A DNA stretch of 64,000 bases from a virus (taxonomy: Duplodnaviria > Caudoviricetes), in IMG/VR virus record IMGVR_UViG_3300035491_000042, positions 1-64,000 of that record; one strand, 5' to 3'. The translations under genes were made by a program, and so were the position numbers. How positions within the stretch are numbered: position 1 is the first letter of the stretch; each line of letters starts with the position of its first letter. Positions 28,543-38,822 of this stretch are shown one piece after another. The notes beneath the pieces were generated by a model. The model saw nothing but the letters and a program-made list of their open reading frames with translations. It ran no database searches and was not told the origin of the DNA.

Positions 28543-30590
28543 TCTTCCTCTGGAACCATCCCATCCAAAACAAAATTCAGACCACTCTCTGTGACGTACG
28601 AAGTAAATTCTTCGTCTAGGACAACAGTATCACGCAAGTATTCTGTCAACCTAGCTGCAAGGTAGTCCAAATCAAGATCAGCGTCTTCGATATCACTAGA
28701 GATAACAAACGCGATACTTGGTTCGTCGCTGATCAGTTTGTGACTGTTTCGATACTCATCACATGTGTCATAGAACAACCGCTCAAGTGACTCACTCTCA
28801 CCAACAACCATTAGAACACGAGAGACCCCATCACTAATCGATTCAACGATAGCCAGTTCGAGCTCACCCATGTAATAGGTCTTCAGTTCTACAGACTTAT
28901 CTCGGTTTGCTACCAGCCCGTCGATGATACAAACTTCCACAAACATGTTCTCACGAAGAGGGACGTTCGGGATTTTGTGGTCGGTGCAGAAATTTACAAT
29001 GGTGTCGTGGGTTGCTTTCGACACCCGAATACCCTTCAGAGTAATACTGCTCATAGAAACGTTCTCCTTTTGTAACGTCTCTTTATTTACCCGCGCCTCT
29101 TTGCGTTCTTTTACGTATTCAGCGTCGATGATGCGGTAAATATTGGTCATGTAGAAGTCGTCGTCACGTCGACCGTTTGAACAGTCACATTCACCGACAA
29201 CAGCTATCGAGCTACACTCGACCATCGCCTTCTTCGCCCGGTTTACGGCAGATGGAGGCACACCAGACCATGCACTGGCAAAACGGTCTGCAAACACTGT
29301 TTCGCCGTTATAATCTTTGTAAAGCTGCTTAATGGCATCAAGCAGTATCAAGCTTTTGAGAACTTTCTTTACCCCATCATAACCTTTTGGGAGCGGCATA
29401 ACAGGCTTCTTCATGAGATGCGACACGTCTAACATACCAGCGTCAACCATCATACGCAGGAACCATACCACGAACTCCGGTGGTCGGAGACGAGGAGCTT
29501 GACACCCATAACGCATTGTTGCGTACAGACGCACGATGTTATAGTCGACCTGCTCCAATGGATCACCAAAGTGGTTGGAGAAGTCACGGATGATCATATG
29601 TGTGCCGTTGCTGTGCCAGCGAACGCCCATAGATGGTCGACGGTCGATATGGGATGGGATAACAGAGCGCTGTGACGTTTTCTCTCCCGGTGCTGGTACG
29701 CGAAGCCCAAGAAACTTCCCCAGAGCGGTTTGAATCTCTCGGTTATGGAACAGCTCGCAAACCAGCTTGCTATCCAGTGTACCGGGCTCAATAGTGAGCT
29801 TACCATCAACCAGAAACTCGCGCTGTGGAGCATACTCGATGTCCTCAGCAGGCTTGTACATATCCGGGGTTTGTGGTAGGTACATCGTCGATTCTTCGTA
29901 GTTGATGCCCTTACGGTCGTTCATCTGTGCAACCAGTGCGTTGATAACTTCCTCATCCTTCATGTCAAGAACCGGTTTTTCCTTCTTCGTTTTAATCTTT
30001 TTCGGCTTCGATGGCTTCTTAGAGGCAGCACTAGCCTCACGCTTCATCTCAAGAGCAAGCTGGGTGGCAGAAGCCATCTCGACAGCGAGCAATTCCATAT
30101 CCAGTTTTGGTAGCTGGTCAAGATCAAAGATCGCTTCCCATGGCTCATCACTCTCGGCAACATACGTTTTCTGGTCAGGAAGGATCACATACCCGCCGTC
30201 ACCGAGGATATCGATGTTCGGCAGGAAGTTAATGCGACGGTTCACGCCTTCGGTTTTGCTGAAGTATATGTGGTAGCCATTCGACATGGTCTTTACAACC
30301 ATGGCTTTCAAATCTTCACAGAGCTCAAACACCCGATCCATCGCGTTTTCAGTCAGAATCTTGCTGGCGGGACAGGCTTTACCAATGTCGATATCAACCA
30401 CGGTGAATTGATCGTTAGAAGCACCCACCAGAGCGTCTGGGAACCTGCCCCATAGGCGTTTGATGACCTTCTTGTCGGTTGTACCGTCATAGAAGCCCTT
30501 CTTCGTCAGAGGGCTCTTGGTTGCGCGATGACACGGGAAAACACTGATACCTCGCTCAGCATACTTCAGGGCGATGGATAATTGATTCAA
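28539..30590 (-). CDS. bifunctional primase/polymerase (Prim-Pol) domain protein with degenerate 2H-like C-terminus
   Basis: VFPC...P...GF..GTTD, VVDID, TMSNGYHIYF, IDILGDGGYVILP. Confidence 0.75.
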   Translation of the reverse strand: MNQLSIALKYAERGISVFPCHRATKSPLTKKGFYDGTTDKKVIKRLWGRFPDALVGASNDQFTVVDIDIGKACPASKILTENAMDRVFELCEDLKAMVVKTMSNGYHIYFSKTEGVNRRINFLPNIDILGDGGYVILPDQKTYVAESDEPWEAIFDLDQLPKLDMELLAVEMASATQLALEMKREASAASKKPSKPKKIKTKKEKPVLDMKDEEVINALVAQMNDRKGINYEESTMYLPQTPDMYKPAEDIEYAPQREFLVDGKLTIEPGTLDSKLVCELFHNREIQTALGKFLGLRVPAPGEKTSQRSVIPSHIDRRPSMGVRWHSNGTHMIIRDFSNHFGDPLEQVDYNIVRLYATMRYGCQAPRLRPPEFVVWFLRMMVDAGMLDVSHLMKKPVMPLPKGYDGVKKVLKSLILLDAIKQLYKDYNGETVFADRFASAWSGVPPSAVNRAKKAMVECSSIAVVGECDCSNGRRDDDFYMTNIYRIIDAEYVKERKEARVNKETLQKENVSMSSITLKGIRVSKATHDTIVNFCTDHKIPNVPLRENMFVEVCIIDGLVANRDKSVELKTYYMGELELAIVESISDGVSRVLMVVGESESLERLFYDTCDEYRNSHKLISDEPSIAFVISSDIEDADLDLDYLAARLTEYLRDTVVLDEEFTSYVTESGLNFVLDGMVPEED

Positions 30591-30593
30591 AGC

Positions 30594-31082
30594 TTACTCC
30601 TTTTTAGCAGGCCCATAATAGGCGATGAAGTAAGCATCCGTCAAGTCGAAACGACCCTTTGTTTTGGGGTACTCGCCAAAAATACCCTGAATGTGTTCTG
30701 GTAGTGCGTCGAACATCATTTCTTTTTTCGCGTTCCCGTTTTTGGTGGCGATCTTCTTCAGCCACTTCGGGTTTACAAGGTTGACAGACACCTCTGGGAG
30801 GTCAAAAAGAAATGTGCGAAGGATGATGGCGAAAAGGCCAGCAAGGTCTTTTGCAGCGTCTCCGGTAGCAGCGTATGCCAGTTCTTCAATGTATACCTCA
30901 TCCGCTTTGTATTCACGGGCGATGGATACCAGAGCGTCTGCGATAGATTGCATCTTTACAACCTTCTCTCGGAAGCCCTTCACTGGTGGGAGACGAACAA
31001 GTTCGTGGTGGATCATGACGCCGTCGTCCATGACAACGACGCCTGATGATGAAATAGACTGGTCGATACCGATTGTGATCAT
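30594..31082 (-). CDS. RuvC-like Holliday junction resolvase
   Basis: IGIDQS..SSG, IEE, KK.ATKNGNAKK, DLTDAY; start refined to MITIG. Confidence 0.85.
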   Translation of the reverse strand: MITIGIDQSISSSGVVVMDDGVMIHHELVRLPPVKGFREKVVKMQSIADALVSIAREYKADEVYIEELAYAATGDAAKDLAGLFAIILRTFLFDLPEVSVNLVNPKWLKKIATKNGNAKKEMMFDALPEHIQGIFGEYPKTKGRFDLTDAYFIAYYGPAKKE

Positions 31083-31126
31083 TTGATTTTTCCCTTTCCC
31101 AGTATTTAGGGAAAGGGAAAACTTTA

Positions 31127-33343
31127 TCACTGGATAGTTGAGAAGCCGTTTTTCTTCACGACCGTCAACGACTCTGTTGTGGCGTCTGACAGGTCATCCC
31201 GGTGGGTGATCAGGAAAACGTTATCAGCACACGAAACAATGAACTTCGTTGCTGCTCGGATACCTGACTTGTCCAATGCACTGTCCAAAAACTCGTCCAC
31301 AAGGGCAATATTACAGCCTTTGCCCAGCAGGGAGATCGTGTCACGGAACGCCATAGTCACCGCGATGTTCAGACGCAGACGCTCACCACGAGACATCAGA
31401 TGATACGAAACGTCACGGTTCATATACATGATCGACACAGTCAGGTCACTGTTCAGTTCACACACGTGAGGCAAACCAAGACTCTGGGTGTAGTGGTTAA
31501 TCTGCTTGTTGATGAACGGAACGTAGTTGTCAAGTATACGGCGACGAACAAAGCTCTTACTGTCCGTGAGCAGCTTCACGAGGTATCCAAGGTGCGTATC
31601 AATCTTCTCACATTCGGAAAACTCTACCTGCTTCATACTTAACTCATTCTCTACCTCATTCGCGGCTTCCTCAGCAGCCAGCATCATCTCGGTGTGGGGG
31701 TTCTGCTCGGACTCTACGCGCTTGAGATTCTCTTTGCACTGGTCAACCCTCATCTTGTCGGCAAGCAGATCATACTGGTTGGCATACCCACAAAGGTCTA
31801 TACGCTCGGCGTCAGCTCTGAGTTCATCCAGCGTTTCGGTCGCGTCAGCAACCTCACGCTGCAATAGCTTAACAACATTAGACAGTTCATCAAGAGGATC
31901 ATTCTCATTGAGTTCTTCCAGCTCTGATCTGGCTTCATTGATCATCGTAGTGTATGGATTTGAGGCTACCTTGGCAGTTAGAACCTCGATCATCGCATTA
32001 CATTTGTTCAGTAAGCGAATCTTAGACTCACACTCGGCTACGGTGCCATCGAACGGAACCTCAATATCCCGAGGCGAATCATTCAAAAAGTCCTCACAAT
32101 CGTTGATCTCGTCATCAATATCCACGATCTTGTTTCGATCTTTCTCGATTTCCGATTTCAGCGTTGATAGATGCTGCTCGTCTTTGTATGGACCACCACA
32201 CACATGACACGTCCCGTTCTCGTGTGCCTCAATCTGAGCCTCACGCTCTTTGATACGTTCAACCAAACGCTGGCGGGTTTTCTGTTTTTCGTTCAGAATA
32301 CTCGTTTGACGTGCTCGCTCGTCGTTGTGCTGAATAGCTTCAATGCACATGTGGTATTCTTCTTCAGACCGATAGGTCTTCTGTTCAGCAAGGCGCTCGT
32401 CGAGCTCTAGTTGTGTCTCAGCGCCATGCGTTTTCTCGCTTAGAAGAAGTTTATCAATCTTCGAACGAAGTAATGTGTGCTTCTGCAACTTGTTTTGTTT
32501 TACGGTGAGTTCAGCATTTGCCTCGTCGCGACGGGTTTCGACTTCCTTGATCTGCTGGAGTATCTCATCACGCTGCTTGAAAGCCGCTTCAACCTCATCA
32601 AAATTGATGCTATTGAGACGCTCCAAATCTTTCTTCAATTTCTCAATTCGGACGGTCTTCTCACTATCAAAGTCAGCGACAGCAGACAAATGGCGGTTCA
32701 CTTGACGGAATGCTTTGTCACACGCATCGTTGAGGATATCCATCTCACGTCTCAGTGTCTTCATCTCAGCCTTGTTCTCGCTGGTGAACTTCTTTGCTAC
32801 CTCATAGCGAGCCGCAAGCACATCCAGACAGAGTAGTTGCTCAACAACAGTACGTTGCTCTGGACCACTCATCTCGAAGAAAGTCCGCTTTGTTGGGCTC
32901 ATAAAATGTGTGAGCATGAAGACGTCGTAAGACATACCAACGAACTCAACGATGGCTTCATCGGTGTTCTTCATGCTGTCTCGGGTCATACTGACACCGT
33001 CGACTTCAAACTCAAGCAAACTTGGCTTGCGTCCGCGACGAACGATGGCAGTGCTGGCACCTCGCTTCATGTGTACTTCGGTGAGAAGCTTCTTGCCATT
33101 CGAAAGATTGACCAGCTCATCAGCGCGAACCTTGTCGATACCTTCACCGTACAAACAGAAGATGAGCGCATTGAACGCTGCTGTCTTACCAACACCATTA
33201 GCACTCTCGTTTGTGTCACCAATATCTTGGTTCTCACCACGAATCAGTGTCAGTGGGCTCTTATCCAGTTGAACCCACTGCATTTTATTGCCAAACGACT
33301 GGAAGTTTGCGAAACCTACAGTCGTAAAAATCGTTTTTTGCAT
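31127..33343 (-). CDS. Rad50/SbcC-like ATPase (gp46)
   Basis: NGVGKT, CHVC zinc hook, MSRGE signature, VDE, ITH. Confidence 0.93.
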   Translation of the reverse strand: MQKTIFTTVGFANFQSFGNKMQWVQLDKSPLTLIRGENQDIGDTNESANGVGKTAAFNALIFCLYGEGIDKVRADELVNLSNGKKLLTEVHMKRGASTAIVRRGRKPSLLEFEVDGVSMTRDSMKNTDEAIVEFVGMSYDVFMLTHFMSPTKRTFFEMSGPEQRTVVEQLLCLDVLAARYEVAKKFTSENKAEMKTLRREMDILNDACDKAFRQVNRHLSAVADFDSEKTVRIEKLKKDLERLNSINFDEVEAAFKQRDEILQQIKEVETRRDEANAELTVKQNKLQKHTLLRSKIDKLLLSEKTHGAETQLELDERLAEQKTYRSEEEYHMCIEAIQHNDERARQTSILNEKQKTRQRLVERIKEREAQIEAHENGTCHVCGGPYKDEQHLSTLKSEIEKDRNKIVDIDDEINDCEDFLNDSPRDIEVPFDGTVAECESKIRLLNKCNAMIEVLTAKVASNPYTTMINEARSELEELNENDPLDELSNVVKLLQREVADATETLDELRADAERIDLCGYANQYDLLADKMRVDQCKENLKRVESEQNPHTEMMLAAEEAANEVENELSMKQVEFSECEKIDTHLGYLVKLLTDSKSFVRRRILDNYVPFINKQINHYTQSLGLPHVCELNSDLTVSIMYMNRDVSYHLMSRGERLRLNIAVTMAFRDTISLLGKGCNIALVDEFLDSALDKSGIRAATKFIVSCADNVFLITHRDDLSDATTESLTVVKKNGFSTIQ

Positions 33344-34374
33344 TACTTTTCCTCGGTTTTGAGCTGCAAATATAGGGCTTCGAGCATTTTCTTGTCAATC
33401 CCATCAATGTCGACGCTCTCCCTGATCACCTTCACCACGACATCGTCAATGTTCTCGGTGTCAGAGACTTCGATATCTGCGCTCATGATCTCACGGGATT
33501 TGGTGTTGTTGAACTTGATACGCACACCGTCAAACGCCATCCCTGACAGCTTCTCTTGCACCTCATCGACGATGGAGTCATCGGTGACATCATCACCAAA
33601 CACAACGCGGATGGTTGTGTTTTCAACGTCATCACCCAGCTCCGCAAGCACCTCATCCAGCTTGTCATGATCAACAGAGATCACCTTGATACCCTGATAT
33701 GTCTCGAAGGTGGTTTTACCAGTGACGTCGTCGAAGATGAACACACCGTGGTCTTCGTTGGCTTCGTTCATGGTGATCGGGTATGGTGTTCCGACGTACA
33801 GGATGTTGTCCTTTTCCTGCATCGAGTGGTAGTGACCAGTCAGAACACGTTTGTACCCACGCAGCTCTCGGTGCGACTGACCATGTTCCATCTCATAGCG
33901 ATCATTCACCATGAAACCATTCAGCTCAAGGTGAGCGAACAGGTACTCAGCGTCCTTACTGGCGTTCACGACCTCATCCCACTGCTCGCCAGAGGCGATC
34001 CAAGGGGTCATCATGATATCACCGACCATAGTCGGTTCGTGGATCACTGTCACATATGGGCTCAGTACGTTGATGCTGCTGATATCAAGACGATCCAGAT
34101 AGAACAGGTCATGGTTACCTTCAAGCACGTAGACATTCTCACGTCCGAATACCTGACCCAACATCTGGGCACCGACGACGCCATAGTTCAGCGTCTGTAC
34201 CTGAATCTTACTGCGGCTGTGGAACCAGTCACCAAGTTGCACCACCTTGTCGACCTTATGGGCGAGACCAGTGTCAATCGCCCATTCCACGAAGTCAAGG
34301 ATGCTGTTGTTAAACTTCTCAGAGTCTCCGCGCTCACCAAAGTGCAGGTCTCCGATTACTAACCATCGGCTCAT
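33343..34374 (-). CDS. Mre11/SbcD-like nuclease (gp47)
   Basis: GDLH, GDWF, GNHD, GHYH. Confidence 0.93.
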   Translation of the reverse strand: MSRWLVIGDLHFGERGDSEKFNNSILDFVEWAIDTGLAHKVDKVVQLGDWFHSRSKIQVQTLNYGVVGAQMLGQVFGRENVYVLEGNHDLFYLDRLDISSINVLSPYVTVIHEPTMVGDIMMTPWIASGEQWDEVVNASKDAEYLFAHLELNGFMVNDRYEMEHGQSHRELRGYKRVLTGHYHSMQEKDNILYVGTPYPITMNEANEDHGVFIFDDVTGKTTFETYQGIKVISVDHDKLDEVLAELGDDVENTTIRVVFGDDVTDDSIVDEVQEKLSGMAFDGVRIKFNNTKSREIMSADIEVSDTENIDDVVVKVIRESVDIDGIDKKMLEALYLQLKTEEK

Positions 34375-34934
34375 TGTTCATTTTCCCATTCAATGACGTC
34401 TTCATCGTCGAAGTCGTCTTCATCACCGTCGTAGCGATCTTCCAGAATGGCTTTGCGTTCCTGTTCGCTGATCATGTCCATGTAGGCAGGATCGGCTTCG
34501 AGACCAAGCTCAAGCTTCATCTTGTTTACGACGTTGCGCTCAGTGTACTCGTTCTTGAGGAAATGGAACAACACATGCTTCATGCACGTGGTGAAATAGG
34601 CGTGTGGGTTGTTGCAGGTCAGGTAGTTGTACTCAACGATTTCGCCGTGCCATTCGACGATCTCTTTCCGAAGGATGTTGCCCTCTTCGTCTCGCTCAAG
34701 GATTTTTGTTCGATAGGGTCGAAACTTTGGGAAGCCTTTCACGCAGGCGAGCATGCATTCAGAGATGATGTCGTCGCGAATGTGAAAGAAGCGAACGTAG
34801 TTCGGGTGGTTGGCATAACGCTCCGCAAGGAGCATGAACATCTTAGCTAACTCATCACTGATCTCGTCTTTCTTCAGAGAGAGAAGCATTTCACGAAAGA
34901 AATCAGCGGGCTGAATGTAGTTTTTTTTACTCAT
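34371..34934 (-). CDS. late transcription sigma factor (gp55-like)
   Basis: KNYI, HPNY...DDII, NPHAYFT; next to gp47/46 as in T4; TAAATA motifs precede late genes. Confidence 0.8.
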   Translation of the reverse strand: MSKKNYIQPADFFREMLLSLKKDEISDELAKMFMLLAERYANHPNYVRFFHIRDDIISECMLACVKGFPKFRPYRTKILERDEEGNILRKEIVEWHGEIVEYNYLTCNNPHAYFTTCMKHVLFHFLKNEYTERNVVNKMKLELGLEADPAYMDMISEQERKAILEDRYDGDEDDFDDEDVIEWENEQ

Positions 34935-35170
34935 GTGGTAACTCCAGTTGTGTCTTGATTGTATGACAAAAATTCAAATCTGTCCAATGATTTATCCATA
35001 GATTTTGATGGTTCTGAAAACACGGGATATGTTGTTGAATCTAAAGGATTTTTCATTCTTTGAATACAGTAATAAGTATTGAGTCGCTGCGCTCGCTGTC
35101 GCTCGCTCCGCTCCTCACCTGTTCACTGGATTTTCGTTGAAGTTTCATTGAAATATATTAGGCGACTGAA

Positions 35171-35236
35171 TGAGAATCATTTGCATTTAAAATTGTTTTT
35201 CATTTGAACAGTGTTTGTGTTTGAGAATTGTTATCA
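35171..35236. promoter_or_regulatory. two candidate Fur boxes
   Basis: TGAGAATCATTTGCA (11/14) and TGAGAATTGTTATCA (12/14) versus 7-1-7 TGATAATnATTATCA. Confidence 0.45.
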
Positions 35237-35297
35237 TAATACAGAATACGTCTTTTCTCTAAATAAACATGTAGATTTCATCCATTTGGAGAAAAGA

Positions 35298-35486
35298 ATG
35301 AAAAAGTATACAAACAACACTCACTCGATGAAAACCGTTCTGTTCAAGGATGGGTCGGCACAGTTCCTGATGAGGGGCCAGTCGTTCGAGAGTGACAAAG
35401 AAATTGAGCGTGTTTCTAAGGGTGTGCTCGTCAAAGACGTGGTAAAACCAAAAACCGCCAAAAAACCGACTGAAGAAACAAACTAA
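35298..35486 (+). CDS. small late protein
   Basis: TAAATA and GGAG RBS; start refined to MKKY. Confidence 0.65.
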   Translation: MKKYTNNTHSMKTVLFKDGSAQFLMRGQSFESDKEIERVSKGVLVKDVVKPKTAKKPTEETN

Positions 35487-35506
35487 GAGATTCATAGGAG
35501 AAAAGA

Positions 35507-36979
35507 ATGTCATTTCCAAATTCACCGGGCGTTTATGATCGCATCGTAGATCGCTCTTTTGTTGTCAATTCCGGTGGTATCGTAGCTGGTGGTATCGTTG
35601 TATCTGCCAAGCGTGGACCGGCTAAAGTAAAAACTGTTACTTCGGCTCGTGAGTTCATCGAGACCTATGGTCTTCCGTCTCGTGATAACCCATCACTGTA
35701 CGCCGCCCTTCGATATCTGAACCGTGCTGGTGTGCTGAGTGTGCGTCGTGTTACCACTGAAGGCGACGACTATGCCACTGGTACTCTACTGAGCGGGGTT
35801 GATGACCAACTTATCGTTGAAGCCGCGAACGAAGGCTCGTGGGGCAACTCACTAACTGTTTCGTTTGAAGAGAGTGTCATTGGCTCTCCATCCGTCGTCG
35901 GTTGGTTCTACTTGATCGTCAAGGACGATGGTGTAGAAGTCGAGCGTTTTGAAGTTTCTCGTGACCCGAATGCGAAGAATGGTTTTGGTAACAGCATCTT
36001 CATTGAAGACGTTGTAAACAACCGTTCGAAGTACGTTCGAGTGTATGACGTCCCAACCGTTACAGCCGAATATGACTACGACGCCGTTATCACGCTGAGT
36101 GGTGGTACTGATGCAAGCACTGCCCCAACCTCCGGCGAGATCAATCTGGCTTGGGCTGAGTTCAATAACGTCGAAGAAGTACCGGCTACCCTTCTGATCA
36201 ATGGTGGTTGGGCAGTGCCTGAAATTCATGTCGCCATGCTGACTGTGGCTCGGAATCGCAAGGATGCTGTTGCGATCCTAGACGTTCCAGAAGACGTTGC
36301 TGACGACGTACAGGGGATGATTAACTATCGAACTACCGAACTCGCTGCTAACACCTATTTCGGTGGTATTTATGGCGGTTGGTTGCGTGTTTACGACCAA
36401 TACAACGACCGTGAAGTTCTGGTTCCGCCATCTGGTGACGTTGCTGCTGTTTTTGCAAACACCATTGAAGTTGCTGAACGCTGGGATGCCCCTGCTGGTC
36501 TGCAACGCGGTATCATCCCGAACGCACTTGGCGTGAGCAAGGTCTTCACCGAAGGCGAGCGCGATCTTCTCTATCGTTCTGGTGTGAACCCGGTCACCAC
36601 GTATGCTGGTGCTGCTGCTGTTATCTGGGGCCAGAAGACCCTTCAGGTACAGGCGAGCGCTCTCGACCGCTTCAACGTTGTCAACCTCGTCCTTTGGATG
36701 AACCAACGCATCGTAGAATCGCTGCAACCGTTCGTGTTCCAGCCGAACACCGTGTTCACTCGCGATAGCGTGAACTACCTGATTTCGAACTTCCTTGAGA
36801 ATATTCGTCTTCGTGGTGGTCTGTATGGTTACTCTGTCGACACATCTGAAAATATCAACACCCCACAGGTGATTGATAATAACCAGATGCTTGTTGATGT
36901 GTATATCAAACCGACACGCACGGCAGAATTCATTCGAGTTAGCACCATTGTTACACCGACTGGCGTAACTCTGGCGTAA
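35507..36979 (+). CDS. tail sheath (gp18-like)
   Basis: SPGVY, PPSG, WDAPAG..RG, NPV, WGQKT, FQPN. Confidence 0.95.
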   Translation: MSFPNSPGVYDRIVDRSFVVNSGGIVAGGIVVSAKRGPAKVKTVTSAREFIETYGLPSRDNPSLYAALRYLNRAGVLSVRRVTTEGDDYATGTLLSGVDDQLIVEAANEGSWGNSLTVSFEESVIGSPSVVGWFYLIVKDDGVEVERFEVSRDPNAKNGFGNSIFIEDVVNNRSKYVRVYDVPTVTAEYDYDAVITLSGGTDASTAPTSGEINLAWAEFNNVEEVPATLLINGGWAVPEIHVAMLTVARNRKDAVAILDVPEDVADDVQGMINYRTTELAANTYFGGIYGGWLRVYDQYNDREVLVPPSGDVAAVFANTIEVAERWDAPAGLQRGIIPNALGVSKVFTEGERDLLYRSGVNPVTTYAGAAAVIWGQKTLQVQASALDRFNVVNLVLWMNQRIVESLQPFVFQPNTVFTRDSVNYLISNFLENIRLRGGLYGYSVDTSENINTPQVIDNNQMLVDVYIKPTRTAEFIRVSTIVTPTGVTLA

Positions 36980-36993
36980 TAAAATCTGGTCAG

Positions 36994-37023
36994 AAAAAAA
37001 ACCCCTCATTGAGGGGTTTTTTT
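36994..37023. terminator. bidirectional intrinsic terminator
   Basis: A-run CCCCTCA/TGAGGGG T-run between convergent genes. Confidence 0.85.
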
Positions 37024-38679
37024 CAATTCGAAGCATAGTGAACCAGCGTCATAAACTCGCAACCAACCAGCTTCTCTCATGTTTTCGTGCTCTGTCTTCT
37101 TAACGTCGAATTGATCCAGAACTTTAGATAACTTGTGCTTCATGCACTGATGCCTTGAAAGGGTATATGTTTTACGTGTGTTGTAGTACCGGTAGTTTGG
37201 TTTTGTGATGTGCGACAGCTCGAACCCACTTTTCATGTACAAATCACCATGGCTGTAGTCGAGCGAAGCGAACGTCAAAATTCTTTTGATATTTTTCCCT
37301 CGCATAAAATGACTCAGTAGTTTAGTGAAACCTCCAACAACAGCCACTGACGTTGCATATCGAACTAGGTCATACTCTCCATCATCTTTTAGGCGTTTGA
37401 AGCTCATACATGCAACCAGTCGGTCTCCCGATACCAAACCAATAGTACTTACACCATGCACCGACCCTTGGATGTGGTTTTCGTCATAAAACGCTTTCGC
37501 GATGTTCTGGTTAACATCAACCACCCGTGTTTTCCTTGCAAATACTCGTTCTGATAAAACACCGATTGATCTAAGAATCCTCTTCTTTAATATTTTTTGC
37601 TTTCTTTCATCCTCCCAGTCATCCTCCCAAATATGAAAAAGATTGACCCCCTTCTTCATACACTCTGTCGATTTCTTTTGATGATAGTCCGATGGTTTGA
37701 ATTTCTCCGAATGCCAAAACAGTCCGTTATATTCGATTGCGAGTTTTTTGGATGGGATGTACAAATCGAGCTCCCTTCCATCAAGAACTGTGCGATCCGA
37801 TCTGATGATCTCATCATGTGGTATGATGGTGCTAATAAAATCATAGAGAACGTCTTCCCCGTGCGAGTGATTAGTGTCGTTTTGAACGCCAAGCTCTGCC
37901 ATTCTAGCTACCGTTCTACTGACCGAATAATCAAGAACCCTAGCAATCTCTTTTGTGTGTTTATATTCATTGACAACTTCTATAAACTTTGCGTCGTCAT
38001 TGAAAATGTCGTGATGTTTTTTATACGCTTTAGTTGTGTGATCAACACCATAACGCTCTGAAACAGTTTTTAGGTATGACAGTCTGGCAGCATGCTTGAA
38101 TGGTTTATGGTGCATTGGGTGTTCAACACCATACTTTTTCAACAACGTTTCCTTCTTAGTCTTACGACCTTGTTCGGTGTTTAAGTACATAACCCCACCA
38201 TACCGACTGGTGTTTGTATCAGCGACCTTCTTCTTGATACTATCTACCATCATTGGGTTTTCAACACCATACTTCTCAAGCATAGTATTTTTGAACTTCT
38301 CAATACCATCCGGTGTTCTCATATTGTGATCACCATACCTAGCAGTCATAGTATTTGTTCTCTTTTTTACTGTTGTTTCTGACTTCCTCGCGCATTCACG
38401 AGAACAATATGTGGAGAAGATATAGGAGTCGTAGTGACACTCACCGGCTCGTGAGTTCTGGCGAATAGTGACGTGACGTCCACACTCACATAGTGGTACG
38501 GATGTGATGTTCTTCATGATGCAATATAGCCGCATTGAGAACCGCTCCTTACCGCCCATATGTTTTGTTAAAAACTCCGTCTCGTTGATTATCAGCTCTT
38601 TCAGTTCTTTCAGCTCTTTTGACCTCCCAAATTTCACGGCATCTGGAAATCCAAGCTCTGTTATGATGTCAACAATCAT
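37006..38679 (-). mobile_element. Hef-like homing endonuclease (paralog of 20867-22657)
   Basis: YGVENPM repeats, ELDLY..AIEYNGLFWH, GNAT-like C-terminus; inserted antisense between sheath and tube. Confidence 0.75.
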
Positions 38680-38822
38680 TTTATTTCCTCGCTGGTTTTA
38701 TATATTTATCATATTCGCTTTCATCGGCTGAGTCAACTGCTGGTTAGAAATAAATAAAAGACTAAATAGAAAGAGATAAATCAACACGAGGTTTGACATT
38801 CCTCGCCTTTCAGGAGTAAATA

